DNA of 63,864 nucleotides, filler included, from 8 parts of 8 records of this genome joined end to end with filler, not necessarily neighbours in it, one strand, 5' to 3'. Counted from the first letter of the whole stretch, positions 27,315-38,229 are shown. The notes: generated by a model from the sequence alone, not told the origin. A program made the numbers and translations.

Positions 27315-27566
27315 TCAGACAGTCTTCATTTTGCGCCTTTTCGACTGACGCCGGTCGGCATTCCCCCACGGGCACTTCTGTCTCCCCCCGCCGCCGCCGA
27401 CGCGCCGATCGGGATCCGGTCGAAAACCAAAACCCGAACGCCGGTCCTCGCCGGAGCGCCGTTCTTCGTTCGATCGTCGGTCTTTCTCCCGGCGGCGGTC
27501 TTCACCGTCTTCGGATTCGGTGGCCGCGTGAGGGCCCGTTTCCAATGTCGGATCTCTGCTCATCAT
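27315..27566 (-). CDS. Small protein with tandem (D/E)RR repeats
   Basis: EDRRREKDRRSNEERRSGEDRR...DRR...DRR. Confidence 0.55.
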   Translation of the reverse strand: MMSRDPTLETGPHAATESEDGEDRRREKDRRSNEERRSGEDRRSGFGFRPDPDRRVGGGGGRQKCPWGNADRRQSKRRKMKTV

Positions 27567-27948
27567 GCTCTTAAACCAACCACATCTGGTGCCCGGGTCG
27601 ATCAAGTTCTGTTCTCGAATACCAGATTATTTGGTTTCCGTTGCCAAATTGTAAAGTCTGTATAGGGTTTTTCAGGTCGATATTCAATTTCTGCGATTAA
27701 ATGCCGAAATGTTGCTAATAAATGGATTTTCTGGGATTTTCCTGCTGTATGGCCCATTCGTCGAGACCCGGTGTATTTGACCGTGTTGACAAGCCGAGAG
27801 CGGGCCTCGGACAATGGCTCTACTTCTCATCGTCCGATCGGAGTTGGACAAAGCGCCTGCCGAAGGACGTTTGAGGCGGAGCGAGTCCTGGTTGGCAAAG
27901 GGATCGGGAGTGTGGCCGCACCCGGTTCGAGATGGAGGACAAAAGGCG

Positions 27949-28257
27949 ATGGCCGATGCCGTGACCCGGGCGATCGATGTTCTAAATGATGCCCTTTCGC
28001 GCGATCGCGAGGCCGTGACCCGGCTTGTCAATTTACGGGCCGAATGCAACGAGGCATTGGCATCCCATCCCTTGATCCGGGTCGGCATTTATGGCGGCGT
28101 CTACAGGGTCGGGGTTCTTGGCTTGCTCAACGCGGCGCTGGGCGACAGTCCCAGCGGCGTCATCGGCGCCCGAGGAACGACCAACGAGGCCGGCATATTT
28201 CTGATCATCCATGAGTTTATCGACCTGCGCAAAGATCGCCTCGATGTTTTGACCTGA
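27949..28257 (+). CDS. Hypothetical protein
   Basis: GGAGG RBS; 102 aa; CNEALA.HP...VG.LGLLN pattern. Confidence 0.6.
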   Translation: MADAVTRAIDVLNDALSRDREAVTRLVNLRAECNEALASHPLIRVGIYGGVYRVGVLGLLNAALGDSPSGVIGARGTTNEAGIFLIIHEFIDLRKDRLDVLT

Positions 28258-28366
28258 ATATGCCGACCCGGTTCGTCCCGAAGGTTATCGGCGGGAACGG
28301 GAAATCGCCGGAAACCCTTGTATCCGGGGTGGGTTTTGGGCATTCTCCGGCATCCCGAACCACGAC

Positions 28367-29992
28367 ATGAATGAAAGCAAGCCGCCGATGACCGACAATC
28401 GCGTCTACCTCTACGACTGCACCCTGCGCGACGGTGCCCAAACCCTGGGCGTCGATTTCAGCGTTCTCGACAAGCAGGTGGTATCGAGGGAACTCGACAA
28501 GATCGGTATCGACTACATCGAAGGCGGCTGGCCCGGCGCCAACCCGACCGACGACGCCTTTTTCAACGACCTGCCGAAACTGGAGCGCGGCCGGATCACC
28601 GCCTTCGGCATGACCCGCCGATCGGGCCGCAGCGCCGACAACGACCCGGGGCTTGTCGCCCTATTCACCAATCAGGCGAAAACCGTTTGCCTCGTCGGCA
28701 AGACATGGGATTTCCAGGTCGAGGTGGCCCTTGGCATCGGACTCGACGAAAACGTCACCATGATTGCCGACAGCGTTACGTCGGGAGGCAAGCGTGTCGA
28801 CGAGGTCATATTCGATGCCGAGCATTTTTTCGACGGCTACAAGGCCAATCCGGACTACGCGATCGAATGCATCAAGGCGGCTTACGACGCCGGTGCCCGC
28901 TGGGTGGTTTTGTGTGACACCAACGGCGGTACCCTGCCGCACGAAATCGAAGAGATCTGCACGGCGGTGATGAAACACATCCCGGGCCCGAACCTGGGCA
29001 TCCACTGCCACGACGATACCGGCAACGCGGCCGCCAGCAGCCAGGCCGCGGTTCGTGCCGGCGTGCGGCAAGTTCAGGGTGCGCTCAACGGCCTTGGCGA
29101 ACGGTGCGGCAATGCCAACCTGATCACGATCATTCCGTCACTGGTGCTGAAAATGGGTTTCGAGACGGGGGTATCGGCCAGCGACCTGACCCAATTGACG
29201 CATCTGTCACGCCTGTTCGACGAACACCTGAACCGGGCGCCGAATCGCAGCGCGCCTTATGTCGGCGAAACCGCCTTTGCCCACAAGGGCGGCCTTCACG
29301 CGTCCGCCGTCGAGAAGGATCCGCGCTGCTACGAGCACATTGTTCCCGAACTGGTCGGCAACAGGCGCCACATCGTGGTTTCCGATCAGGCCGGCCGTTC
29401 GAGCATCCTGGCGAGGCTTCGCGACATTGGAATCGATGTTCCCGCCGACGACCCGAAGCTGGTCGATCTTTTGGGAACGGTGAAGGCCCGGGCATTGGAA
29501 GGCTATGCCTACGACGGCGCCGAGGCCAGCTTCGAACTGCTCGCCCGCCGCGCCCTGGGCGAGGTGCCCGATTATTTCAGGCTGACCAGTTTCCGCGTTC
29601 TCGACGAACGGCGCTGGAATGCCATGGGCGAACTGATCACGCTGTCGGAAGCGACCGTCAAGCTTGAGATGAACGGCGAACCGCACATGGCGGTGGCCGA
29701 AGGCAACGGCCCGGTCAACGCCCTGGATGCCGGTTTGCGCAAGGTTCTGTTGCCGCTTTATCCTGGGCTCGAGGATCTGCGCCTGGTCGACTACAAGGTG
29801 CGCATCCTGACCCCCAACGACGGCACCCGTGCGGTCACCCGGGTGATGATCGAATCGGCCGACAGCAAGGGCGAAGTCTGGTCGACTGTCGGCGTTTCCA
29901 CCAACGTCATCGACGCTTCCTACAATGCCCTTTTCGACAGCATCGCCTACAAGCTATTCCACGCAGGTACGGTGCCGGTTGCCGAGGACTAG
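28367..29992 (+). CDS. cimA: Citramalate synthase
   Basis: YDCTLRDGAQ, YIEGGWPGANP, DAEHFFDG, HCHDD and AHKGGLH motifs plus a LeuA-type regulatory domain. Confidence 0.92.
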   Translation: MNESKPPMTDNRVYLYDCTLRDGAQTLGVDFSVLDKQVVSRELDKIGIDYIEGGWPGANPTDDAFFNDLPKLERGRITAFGMTRRSGRSADNDPGLVALFTNQAKTVCLVGKTWDFQVEVALGIGLDENVTMIADSVTSGGKRVDEVIFDAEHFFDGYKANPDYAIECIKAAYDAGARWVVLCDTNGGTLPHEIEEICTAVMKHIPGPNLGIHCHDDTGNAAASSQAAVRAGVRQVQGALNGLGERCGNANLITIIPSLVLKMGFETGVSASDLTQLTHLSRLFDEHLNRAPNRSAPYVGETAFAHKGGLHASAVEKDPRCYEHIVPELVGNRRHIVVSDQAGRSSILARLRDIGIDVPADDPKLVDLLGTVKARALEGYAYDGAEASFELLARRALGEVPDYFRLTSFRVLDERRWNAMGELITLSEATVKLEMNGEPHMAVAEGNGPVNALDAGLRKVLLPLYPGLEDLRLVDYKVRILTPNDGTRAVTRVMIESADSKGEVWSTVGVSTNVIDASYNALFDSIAYKLFHAGTVPVAED

Positions 29993-29996
29993 TCCG

Positions 29997-30794
29997 GTGG
30001 CCGGGACGAATGGAACCCTGAAGGGTGAAATGTATCGCGGAAGTGCCGCCGAAGGCGCGCCGGTAATCGTTCTGATCAAACCGCAATTGGGCGAGAACAT
30101 CGGCATGGCGGCGCGCGCCATGCTCAACTGCGGGCTGGGTGAGATGCGCCTGGTGGCGCCGCGCGACGGCTGGCCCAATCCGGCGGCGGTGGCGGCGGCA
30201 TCGGGGGCGGCGCTGGTGCTCGACAACGCCCGCGTTTTCGATACCACACAGGAAGCCATATCCGATTTGAATCTCATATATGCGTCGACGGCGCGCTCAC
30301 GCGACATGATCAAACCGGTCGTCACACCGCGCCGGGCGGCCGATGAAATCCGCACCGCCCATGCATCGGGGGATCGGGCCGGGATTTTGTTCGGGCCGGA
30401 GGCCAAGGGCCTCAACAACGACGACGTGTCACTGGCCGACGCCATCCTTTTGGCGCCGCTCAATCCCGGGTTTTCATCTTTGAACCTGGCCCAGGCGGTC
30501 CTTCTGATTGGGTATGAATGGTTCCAGGCCGGTCTCGATGTGCCGGACCGCGAACTGGTCATGCCGGCCGATACGCGTCCTGCCAACAAGCAGGAACTGG
30601 CCTATCTGTATGAGCATCTCGAATCCGAGCTCGACGCCTGCGGATTCCTGCATGTCGAGGAAAAGCGCCCGATCATGGTGCGCAACCTTCGCAACATGTT
30701 TCAGCGTGCCAAACTGACCGAACAGGAGGTCCGTACCCTGCGCGGCGTTATCGTCGGATTGGTTCACGGCAAAAGGCGGCGCGGCGAAAGCTGA
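29997..30794 (+). CDS. trmJ: TrmJ/LasT-family tRNA methyltransferase (SPOUT)
   Basis: PQLGENIG..ARAM.N, FGPE..GL.N and SLNLAQAV motifs; GTG start assumed. Confidence 0.85.
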   Translation: MAGTNGTLKGEMYRGSAAEGAPVIVLIKPQLGENIGMAARAMLNCGLGEMRLVAPRDGWPNPAAVAAASGAALVLDNARVFDTTQEAISDLNLIYASTARSRDMIKPVVTPRRAADEIRTAHASGDRAGILFGPEAKGLNNDDVSLADAILLAPLNPGFSSLNLAQAVLLIGYEWFQAGLDVPDRELVMPADTRPANKQELAYLYEHLESELDACGFLHVEEKRPIMVRNLRNMFQRAKLTEQEVRTLRGVIVGLVHGKRRRGES

Positions 30795-30862
30795 TTGCTT
30801 CGAAGTTGCTGACCCGGGTCAGACGCGTTCCGACAACCAGATGGCCAGGCGTTTCGGCCGGT

Positions 30863-31402
30863 TCATTTGCCGAGCCCGCGAAGGCCGGTCCGGGCAAACA
30901 GAAGCGCCGCTACGCCGTAGACCAGATAGACGCCGACATTGTAGGTGGCCATGGAAATGCCGAAGACGGTCCAGTCCACTTCGTCGCATGGCTTTTCGCC
31001 GAGTGTGCCGAGATCCTGGGTCAGGTTGTCGAAGGACATAGACGAAATGTCCGTGGCGCTGGCGGCGCAGAACTGCGAACCCCACCAATGCTGTTCGACA
31101 CCGACGTGATAGAAGGCCAGTCCGGAACCGCCGAGCAGGATCACCCCGACCAGGCCCAGGATCAGCCAGCGCAACGGCGATTCGGCGCCGCCGACCATGG
31201 CCAGCAAGGCGACGGTCCCGGCCACTCCGTAGACGATCTGCTGATAACGGCACAGCGAACAGGGCTGAAATCCGAAGACGTGCTCGGCGATCAAGGCGAC
31301 AGACAGCGTACCCAGGCAGACGAGGCCGACGGCAAGGGGTGACAGGCGTTGCAGGGTATCGCCAGGAAATAGCTGATTGATACTCGGGGAGTTTTGAGTC
31401 AT
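30863..31402 (-). CDS. dsbB: Disulfide bond formation protein B
   Basis: PCSLCRYQ, YHVGVE and a second Cys pair; four TM helices. Confidence 0.85.
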   Translation of the reverse strand: MTQNSPSINQLFPGDTLQRLSPLAVGLVCLGTLSVALIAEHVFGFQPCSLCRYQQIVYGVAGTVALLAMVGGAESPLRWLILGLVGVILLGGSGLAFYHVGVEQHWWGSQFCAASATDISSMSFDNLTQDLGTLGEKPCDEVDWTVFGISMATYNVGVYLVYGVAALLFARTGLRGLGK

Positions 31403-31445
31403 TGCCTGAAAAATATAGTGCGGTCAGCGCACGCGAGCCAGCGTT

Positions 31446-32027
31446 CTAGATCAGGAATTTCACGGCGACGAATCCGCCGACAAGCAGCACGACGAACAAC
31501 ACCGCCAGCAGGTTCAGGTATTTTTCGATGAAAAGGCGGATCGGTTCGCCGAAGTACCACAACAGACCGGCGACCATGAAGAACCGTAATCCCCGCGCCA
31601 ATACCGAGGAAACCATAAAGACCGCAAAATCCAGGCCGGTCAGGCCGCTCAGAATGGTGATCACCTTGTAGGGGAAGGGAGTCACACCGGCAATGAAAAC
31701 GGCCCAGGCGCCCCACTCGTTGTAATAATCCTTGAACTGTTCGAACTTGGGCGCATAGCCGTAGAATTCCAGCATCGGACGGCCGATCGCCTCGAATGCG
31801 CCCCAGCCGATGGCGTATCCGAGGCCGCCTCCCAAAACGGAAGCCACCGTGCAAAACGCGGCGATGCGCCAGGCCTTGGCCCGGGCGGCCAGCACCATCG
31901 GGATCAGCATGACGTCCGGCGGTATGGGAAAGACCGAACTTTCGATAAAGGATACCGCAGCCAGTGCCCACAAGGCGCGCGGATGGGCCGACAGCTTCAG
32001 GGTCCAGTCGTAAAGTCCGCGCAGCAC
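31446..32027 (-). CDS. DedA/YqaA-family membrane protein
   Basis: ESSVFPIPPD, TPFPYK and RGLRF motifs. Confidence 0.88.
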   Translation of the reverse strand: MLRGLYDWTLKLSAHPRALWALAAVSFIESSVFPIPPDVMLIPMVLAARAKAWRIAAFCTVASVLGGGLGYAIGWGAFEAIGRPMLEFYGYAPKFEQFKDYYNEWGAWAVFIAGVTPFPYKVITILSGLTGLDFAVFMVSSVLARGLRFFMVAGLLWYFGEPIRLFIEKYLNLLAVLFVVLLVGGFVAVKFLI

Positions 32028-32175
32028 GTTTCGGTGTTCCTTCCATTTCCGGGGGCTTGGTGCGGCGCCTCTTTAGCAGGACGGGAGCGCCGGGGCAACG
32101 GAAGGAATGGCGCACCCGCCAACTTGTTGACGGCATTGTCCGGGCGCTGTATTGAGGGGCTCCTTCATGGTGTGC

Positions 32176-32262
32176 GCCCCGGTGGCGGAATTGGCAGACG
32201 CGGCAGACTCAAAATCTGTTTTCCTTATGGAAGTGGGAGTTCGAGTCTCCCCCGGGGCACCA
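32176..32262 (+). tRNA. tRNA-Leu (CAA)
   Basis: GCCCCGG/CCGGGGC acceptor stem plus ACCA, D-loop GGAATTGGCAGAC, anticodon arm GCAGA-CTCAAAA-TCTGT, long variable arm and GTTCGA T-loop. Confidence 0.96.
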
Positions 32263-32451
32263 TTTTCCCGATGACATTGATCTTGTGCGAGGCCAGGCCT
32301 GGGTACGGCCTGTTTCTCGGGTCATGCTCAAAACAAGTAACCGCGCGAAAATATCAAACCGAACACCCATCTTGGTGTTTCATCGCCCCGATCAGGTTTT
32401 ATTCTCCGGGAAAAGCTTCTCGTCCCCTGGCGGAGGGAAGGAAATACGACG

Positions 32452-32763
32452 ATGGCACCAATCCAGAAATTTTTGATGTATATGGTGGCTTTGGTTGTGG
32501 TGCCGGTATCCGGTGCTGTCATGGCGCAGCAATTTGTCGGCAACACGGTGCAGATCGCCGGCCTCGAGATTTCCGCCTCTATCGATGAAAACGGAACCTG
32601 GCGCGGGCAACACCTGCCGAACGGCGCCAAAAGCGGCAAATGGTGGCTCAGCGACAACGGCGTGCTGTGCTCAAAGCCGGACGTCGCAGAAACCAAGGTA
32701 AATTGCGATATCGTTCGATCCGTTGGCGAGCCCGATTTCAAGGGAAATTCGAGAAAGCTCTAG
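32452..32763 (+). CDS. Small secreted hypothetical protein
   Basis: Signal peptide; G.WW...LC beta-rich pattern. Confidence 0.5.
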   Translation: MAPIQKFLMYMVALVVVPVSGAVMAQQFVGNTVQIAGLEISASIDENGTWRGQHLPNGAKSGKWWLSDNGVLCSKPDVAETKVNCDIVRSVGEPDFKGNSRKL

Positions 32764-32816
32764 GCAAATCGCTCTAGGCATAATATTTGGATCGAACGAA
32801 TAAACAGGAGCGCACG

Positions 32817-34088
32817 ATGGCAAGGTTTTGGCGCAAACAATTATTTGCGATGGCGGCTTCGGTATTGGTTTTGTCCGCCTGTAACGAACCGGCGGCGCCG
32901 GTGGCCGAGGTGGTCAGGCCCGTTCAGGCCGTCAAGGTCGGAGAAGCAAGCGAATTGCTGGGTCGGTCCTTGCCGGGGCGTGCCAAGGCTGCCCAGGAGG
33001 TCGATCTTTCTTTCCGCGTCGGCGGTCCCTTGATCTCCTTGCCGGTGAACGTCGGCGACGAGATCGAGGCCGGAGAGATGCTGGCCCAGATCGACCCGCG
33101 CGATTACGAGGTGCGGGTCCGTGACGTCGCCGCCCAATTGGCCCAGGCAAAGGCGACCCTGGCTTCCATGCGAACCGCCCGGCCCGAGGAAATCCGCCAA
33201 CTTGAGGCGGCCATGAAACGGGTCGAGGCGGTGCGCAACCGGGCACAGGCCGAACATGATCGCATCATGGAAATCGTCAAGGCCGATCCCGGCATCGTCA
33301 CCAAAACCAGGGTCGACCTCGTCACCGAAAACCTCGATACGGCCCTGGCCGAGTATGAAGCGGCCGAGGAAGCGTTGAAAATCGGCCAGGCCGGCGCCCG
33401 CAAAGAAGACATCACAGCCAAGGAGGCCATGATCCGATCTTTGCAGGCTACGCTCGATTCGGCGACAGACCAGGTCAAATACACCGCCCTTGTCGCGCCT
33501 TTCAGCGGCACCATCGCGGCCACTTTCGTCGAGAATTTCGAGGAAGTCCGGGCCGGTCAGTCGATCGTCCGGCTGGTCGATACCTCGCGCATTGAAATGA
33601 TCGTCAGTGCGCCGGAAAGCATGGTTGCCTACCTACCCTACGTCAATGAGGTGATGGTCAGATTCGACGCTTTTCCCGATACCGAGATTCCGTCCAGGAT
33701 AACGGAAATCGGTAAAGAGGCGTCGGAAACGACGCGGACCTATCCGGTTACCCTGGTCATGGATCAGCCACCGGGAGTCACCATTCTTCCTGGCATGGCC
33801 GGCAAAGCCTACGGTACCCAGGAAATAGCGGCCGAATTGGGTCTGATCGGGCTGGAAGTTCCGGTCAGTGCCGTTTTTTCGCCCGATGGCGCCGGCAAGA
33901 GCTTCGTTTGGGTTATCGACGAGGATGCCATGACGGTGGCGCGGCGCGAAATCGAAACCGGCGATCTGTCGGATACCGGAATTCGCATTCGCGAGGGTTT
34001 GGAGATCGGCGAATGGGTCGCGACGGCAGGTGTGCATTATCTGCGAGAAGGGCAAAAGGTTCGCCTCCCCGACGCGCAGGATGGCTAG
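32817..34088 (+). CDS. RND efflux periplasmic adaptor (lipoprotein)
   Basis: LSAC lipobox, LSFRVGG lipoyl half, long hairpin, APFSG and TRTYPV motifs. Confidence 0.92.
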   Translation: MARFWRKQLFAMAASVLVLSACNEPAAPVAEVVRPVQAVKVGEASELLGRSLPGRAKAAQEVDLSFRVGGPLISLPVNVGDEIEAGEMLAQIDPRDYEVRVRDVAAQLAQAKATLASMRTARPEEIRQLEAAMKRVEAVRNRAQAEHDRIMEIVKADPGIVTKTRVDLVTENLDTALAEYEAAEEALKIGQAGARKEDITAKEAMIRSLQATLDSATDQVKYTALVAPFSGTIAATFVENFEEVRAGQSIVRLVDTSRIEMIVSAPESMVAYLPYVNEVMVRFDAFPDTEIPSRITEIGKEASETTRTYPVTLVMDQPPGVTILPGMAGKAYGTQEIAAELGLIGLEVPVSAVFSPDGAGKSFVWVIDEDAMTVARREIETGDLSDTGIRIREGLEIGEWVATAGVHYLREGQKVRLPDAQDG

Positions 34089-34091
34089 ACC

Positions 34092-37000
34092 ATGAACCTT
34101 GCCGCAATGGCCCTCGAAAAGCGGGTCGTTACCTATTTTACCGTCTTCCTGATCGTTCTTGCCGGTATCGGCAGCTTTTTCAGACTTGGGCAGCTGGAAG
34201 ATCCGGAATTCACCGTCAAGACGGCGGTGGTGGTGACATCCTATCCAGGCGCCAGCCCACAGGAAGTTGAACTGGAAGTCACGGATCGAATCGAGCTTGC
34301 TGTACAGGAGATGAAGGAACTCGACTATCTGGAATCCGAATCCCGGGCCGGCCTTTCGGTCGTCAAGGTCAACATCAAGCCCGAATACTGGGCCGACCGC
34401 CTGCCCCAGGTTTGGGATGTATTGCGCCGCAAGGTGCGGGACGCCCAGCCCACACTGCCGCCGGGTGTCGACGAACCGATGGTCACCGACGACTACGGCG
34501 ACGTATACGGGTTCCTGCTGGCGGTAACCGGCGATGGCTTCAGCTATGCCGAGCTGGAAAGCTATGTTGACGAGCTTAAGCGTGAACTCAGCCTGGTTGC
34601 AGGTGTCGCCAGGGTCGATCTTTGGGGCGTGCAGGACCGCGTCATCTATATCGATGTGGCCGAGACGCAGTTGTCGCAAACCGGATTGTCGGATTCCAGC
34701 CTGGAAACGACGTTGCAACAGCAGAACATGGTTGTCGACGCCGGCAGCGTCGATCTGCAGAACCGCCGTTTTCGGATTTCACCGACCGGTGAATTCGACA
34801 CGCCCAAGGATATCGAAAGTCTCGTCATCCGGCCGTCGCTTACCGATTCGTTGCAAAACGCCTTCGATCGGAACGGTATTGCCCGCGTGACCGAGCTTGT
34901 CCGCATCGGCGATATCGGAAAGGTGAGGGAAGGATACAAAAACCCGCCGGCCAACCTCATGCGATTCAACGGGGAAACGGCAATCGGCATCGCCATGACC
35001 AATATTCCCGGCGCCAATATCGTTGAAATCGGCCAAGCGATCGACGCCAGACTGGCCGAATTGCTGACGCAGATGCCCATCGGCATCGAGATCCATCGGG
35101 TTCATTGGATATCCGACGTTGTTAGTGATGCGGTCAACGGCTTCATGGTCAATTTTGCCGAAGCTGTGTTGATTGTCCTGGTCGTGCTGACGCTGGCCAT
35201 GGGCTGGCGTATGGGGTTGATCATCGGGTCGTCGCTGATCGTCACCATCTTGGGCAGTTTCATCCTGATGGCGATGTTCGGCATCGATTTGCAGCGCATG
35301 AGCCTGGGCGCGCTGGTCATTGCGCTCGGCATGATGGTCGATAATTCCATCGTCGTCGCCGACGGGTTCGTCGTGCGAATACAACAAGGCATGGACCGCA
35401 AGAAGGCCGCGATCGAAGCGGCCGGTTCTCCGTCATGGCCGCTGCTGGGGGCGACGGTGGTTGCGGTCATGGCGTTCTATCCGATCTTCGCGTCGATCGA
35501 AAACGCCGGCGAATACTGCCGTACCCTGTTCATTGTCGTGGCTATCTCGCTTTTGACCAGTTGGGTCGTGTCGATGACCCTGACGCCCCTGCTATGCCTC
35601 GACATGTTGCCGTCGCCGAAGCCGGGGACCGAGCGGAAAGACCCGTATGACAGTTTTTTCTATCGCAGGTTCCGGGATCTGTTGCGACGCGCCGTCGCCG
35701 GTCGATGGCTGACCCTGGGTGGAATGGTCGCCTTGTTGGTGATCTCCGTCGTTGGTTTTGGCCAGGTCAAACAGCTGTTTTTCCCGGATTCGTCCATGAC
35801 CAAGTTCATGATCGATGTTTGGGCACCGGAAGGAAACCGCATACAAAATCTCGCCGTTGACCTAAAACGGGCCGAAAAGAAACTGCTGGCCGACGATCGC
35901 GTCGCCGAGGTTGCGGCCTTCATCGGGCAGGGGCCGCCGCGCTTTTACCTTCCGGTCGAACCGGAAAGCCAGAACCCGGCCTATGCGCAGTTGATCGTCA
36001 ACGTCCATGATTACCGCGATATTGACGCTGTCATCGACGACATGGACCCATGGTTCCGCGAAACCTACCCCTATGCCCTGATACCGCAGCGCAAATATGG
36101 CGTCGGACCAAGCATTACCTGGAAGTTCGAGCTGCGCATCATCGGTCCGGCGGTGGCTGATCCCGGCCGGCTTCGCTCCGCCGCCGCGAAGGTCGAGGCT
36201 GTCCTCGCCGACAGTCCCTACGTCTCCGCCCAGACCACCGACTGGCGCCAACGGGTCAGCAAGGTCGTTCCCACTTTCAACGACGAGCGGGGGCGCTGGG
36301 CCAACATCACCCGTGACGATGTTGCACAGACTACGAAACGGGCTTTCGACGGACGCACGATCGGGTTGTACCGCGAACAGGACGACCTGATTCCGATTGT
36401 GCTCCGCCATGCCGAGGCGGAACGCCGCAATGTCGGCGGCATCGACCTCCTGCAGATCAAACCGTCCATGGGAACCAGCACCGTTCCCCTGTTGCAGGTA
36501 ACGGACGGCGTTATCATGGGATGGGAAGACCCGGTTATCGTGCGCAGGGACCGCCGGCGCACCATCACCGTCCAGGCCAATCCCACCTTTGGTGTCACCC
36601 TGCCAACTCTCAGGGCTTCGCTGATTGATGACATCGAACGCATCGACCTTCCGCCCGGCTATCGCATGGAATGGGGCGGCGAAACCGAAGCCTCTGCCGA
36701 TGCCCAGAAATCCCTTGTGCCGGGTGTGATTCCGGCATTTATCGTCATCGTCTTTATCATCGTGGTGCTGTTCAACGCCTTTCGCCCGCCGGTCATTATC
36801 CTGTTGACCATGCCCTTCGCCCTGATCGGTATTTCAGTCGGGCTTTTGGGAACCGGGACGCCGTTCGGGTTCATGGCCTTGCTGGGCGCCATGAGCCTGA
36901 CCGGCATGATGGTCAAGAACGCCGTCGTGCTGCTCGATCAGGTCGATATCGAAATCGCCAGTGGCAAAGACCGATATGAGGCGGTGATGGAATCCGCCCT

Positions 37001-37187
37001 GTCGCGCCTGCGTCCCGTTGTCCTGGCGGCGGCGACGACGGTATTGGGTGTTATCCCGCTTCTTCAGGATGTGTTCTGGGTTGGCATGGCGGTCACCATC
37101 ATGGCCGGACTGACCTTCGGCACGGTCCTGACCATGGTGCTGGTGCCGGTTCTTTACGCGGCGCTGTTCCGCGTGAAGGCTGCGTAG
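34092..37187 (+). CDS. RND efflux permease (AcrB/AcrD/AcrF family)
   Basis: 1031 aa; EDPEF, YPGASP, ALGMMVDNSIVV, G..VKNAVVL and RLRPV motifs. Confidence 0.95.
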   Translation: MNLAAMALEKRVVTYFTVFLIVLAGIGSFFRLGQLEDPEFTVKTAVVVTSYPGASPQEVELEVTDRIELAVQEMKELDYLESESRAGLSVVKVNIKPEYWADRLPQVWDVLRRKVRDAQPTLPPGVDEPMVTDDYGDVYGFLLAVTGDGFSYAELESYVDELKRELSLVAGVARVDLWGVQDRVIYIDVAETQLSQTGLSDSSLETTLQQQNMVVDAGSVDLQNRRFRISPTGEFDTPKDIESLVIRPSLTDSLQNAFDRNGIARVTELVRIGDIGKVREGYKNPPANLMRFNGETAIGIAMTNIPGANIVEIGQAIDARLAELLTQMPIGIEIHRVHWISDVVSDAVNGFMVNFAEAVLIVLVVLTLAMGWRMGLIIGSSLIVTILGSFILMAMFGIDLQRMSLGALVIALGMMVDNSIVVADGFVVRIQQGMDRKKAAIEAAGSPSWPLLGATVVAVMAFYPIFASIENAGEYCRTLFIVVAISLLTSWVVSMTLTPLLCLDMLPSPKPGTERKDPYDSFFYRRFRDLLRRAVAGRWLTLGGMVALLVISVVGFGQVKQLFFPDSSMTKFMIDVWAPEGNRIQNLAVDLKRAEKKLLADDRVAEVAAFIGQGPPRFYLPVEPESQNPAYAQLIVNVHDYRDIDAVIDDMDPWFRETYPYALIPQRKYGVGPSITWKFELRIIGPAVADPGRLRSAAAKVEAVLADSPYVSAQTTDWRQRVSKVVPTFNDERGRWANITRDDVAQTTKRAFDGRTIGLYREQDDLIPIVLRHAEAERRNVGGIDLLQIKPSMGTSTVPLLQVTDGVIMGWEDPVIVRRDRRRTITVQANPTFGVTLPTLRASLIDDIERIDLPPGYRMEWGGETEASADAQKSLVPGVIPAFIVIVFIIVVLFNAFRPPVIILLTMPFALIGISVGLLGTGTPFGFMALLGAMSLTGMMVKNAVVLLDQVDIEIASGKDRYEAVMESALSRLRPVVLAAATTVLGVIPLLQDVFWVGMAVTIMAGLTFGTVLTMVLVPVLYAALFRVKAA

Positions 37188-37209
37188 TCGATTCGTTTGG
37201 GATCGGGTG

Positions 37210-38229
37210 CTAGTCGATTTCGTCGAAAAGCCGATCGATCTCGGACTGGTGATTTTGTTTGGTTTCGTCGTCCAGGAACGAAGCGTCGAAGGCATTGCGC
37301 GCCAGCTGCCGTAAATCGGTGGCATCAAGGTCCAGGGCCTTGGCAACCTGTAGATAGTTTTCCGTGATGTAGCCGCCGAAATAGGCCGGGTCGTCGCTGT
37401 TGATCGTGGCCTTGAGGCCCGCTTTCAGCATGCGCTTCAACGGATGGTGCCGAAGGTCCGTCACCCCCCGCAACTTCAGGTTCGAAAGCGGGCAAACGGT
37501 CAGGGCCAATCCGCGTTCGACGATATCGCGGACCAGAGCCGGGTCCTCCATCGCCCTGTTGCCGTGATCGATGCGCTCCACGGCCAACAGATCAATGGCT
37601 TCGCGCACATAGTCGGGCGGTCCTTCCTCGCCGGCATGGGCGACGACATGAAAGCCCGCTTGGCGGCTGGCCGCGTACAGTTGTTCGAACTTCGATGGCG
37701 GATGGCCCAACTCGGACGAATCGAGCCCGACTCCGAAGATGCGCGATTTGTGGGATTTGGCGATGTCGAGAATACGGAAGCCGTCCTCTTCGCTGAGGTG
37801 CCGAAGAAAGCTCATGATCAGGCGATGCGATATGCCGAAACGCGCCCTTGCCTGTTCCAGCGCATCGCAGATGCCGCCGACCATCGTCGGGAACGCGATG
37901 CCGCGTTCCAGATGCGCCTGCGGATCGAAAAAGATCTCGACATGGACGACGTTTTCATCCCGGCACTTTTCCAAGTAATCCATGGTCAGGTCGAAGAAGT
38001 CCTGACGCGTCCGCAGCACATTCATGCCCTGATAGTAGATGTCGAGGAAATCCTGCAGATTCGAGAACTGATAGGCGGCGCGTACGGCCTCGACCGAATC
38101 GAACGGGATTGCCACACCATTGCGCTTGGAAAGCTCGAACAGACGCTCGGGCTCAAGACTGCCTTCGATGTGCAGGTGAAGTTCCGCCTTCGGCATGCGG
38201 CGGATGAGATTTGCCAATGTCGGTTCCAT
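37210..38229 (-). CDS. Adenosine/adenine deaminase
   Basis: PKAELHLHIEG, AHAGEEG, RIDHG, CPLSN and NSDDPAYFGG motifs. Confidence 0.93.
   Translation of the reverse strand: MEPTLANLIRRMPKAELHLHIEGSLEPERLFELSKRNGVAIPFDSVEAVRAAYQFSNLQDFLDIYYQGMNVLRTRQDFFDLTMDYLEKCRDENVVHVEIFFDPQAHLERGIAFPTMVGGICDALEQARARFGISHRLIMSFLRHLSEEDGFRILDIAKSHKSRIFGVGLDSSELGHPPSKFEQLYAASRQAGFHVVAHAGEEGPPDYVREAIDLLAVERIDHGNRAMEDPALVRDIVERGLALTVCPLSNLKLRGVTDLRHHPLKRMLKAGLKATINSDDPAYFGGYITENYLQVAKALDLDATDLRQLARNAFDASFLDDETKQNHQSEIDRLFDEID

Noticed and set aside
32176-37187. Genomic island integrated at tRNA-Leu
   Set aside because: No integrase, no repeat of the tRNA 3' end noticed and no clear composition shift.
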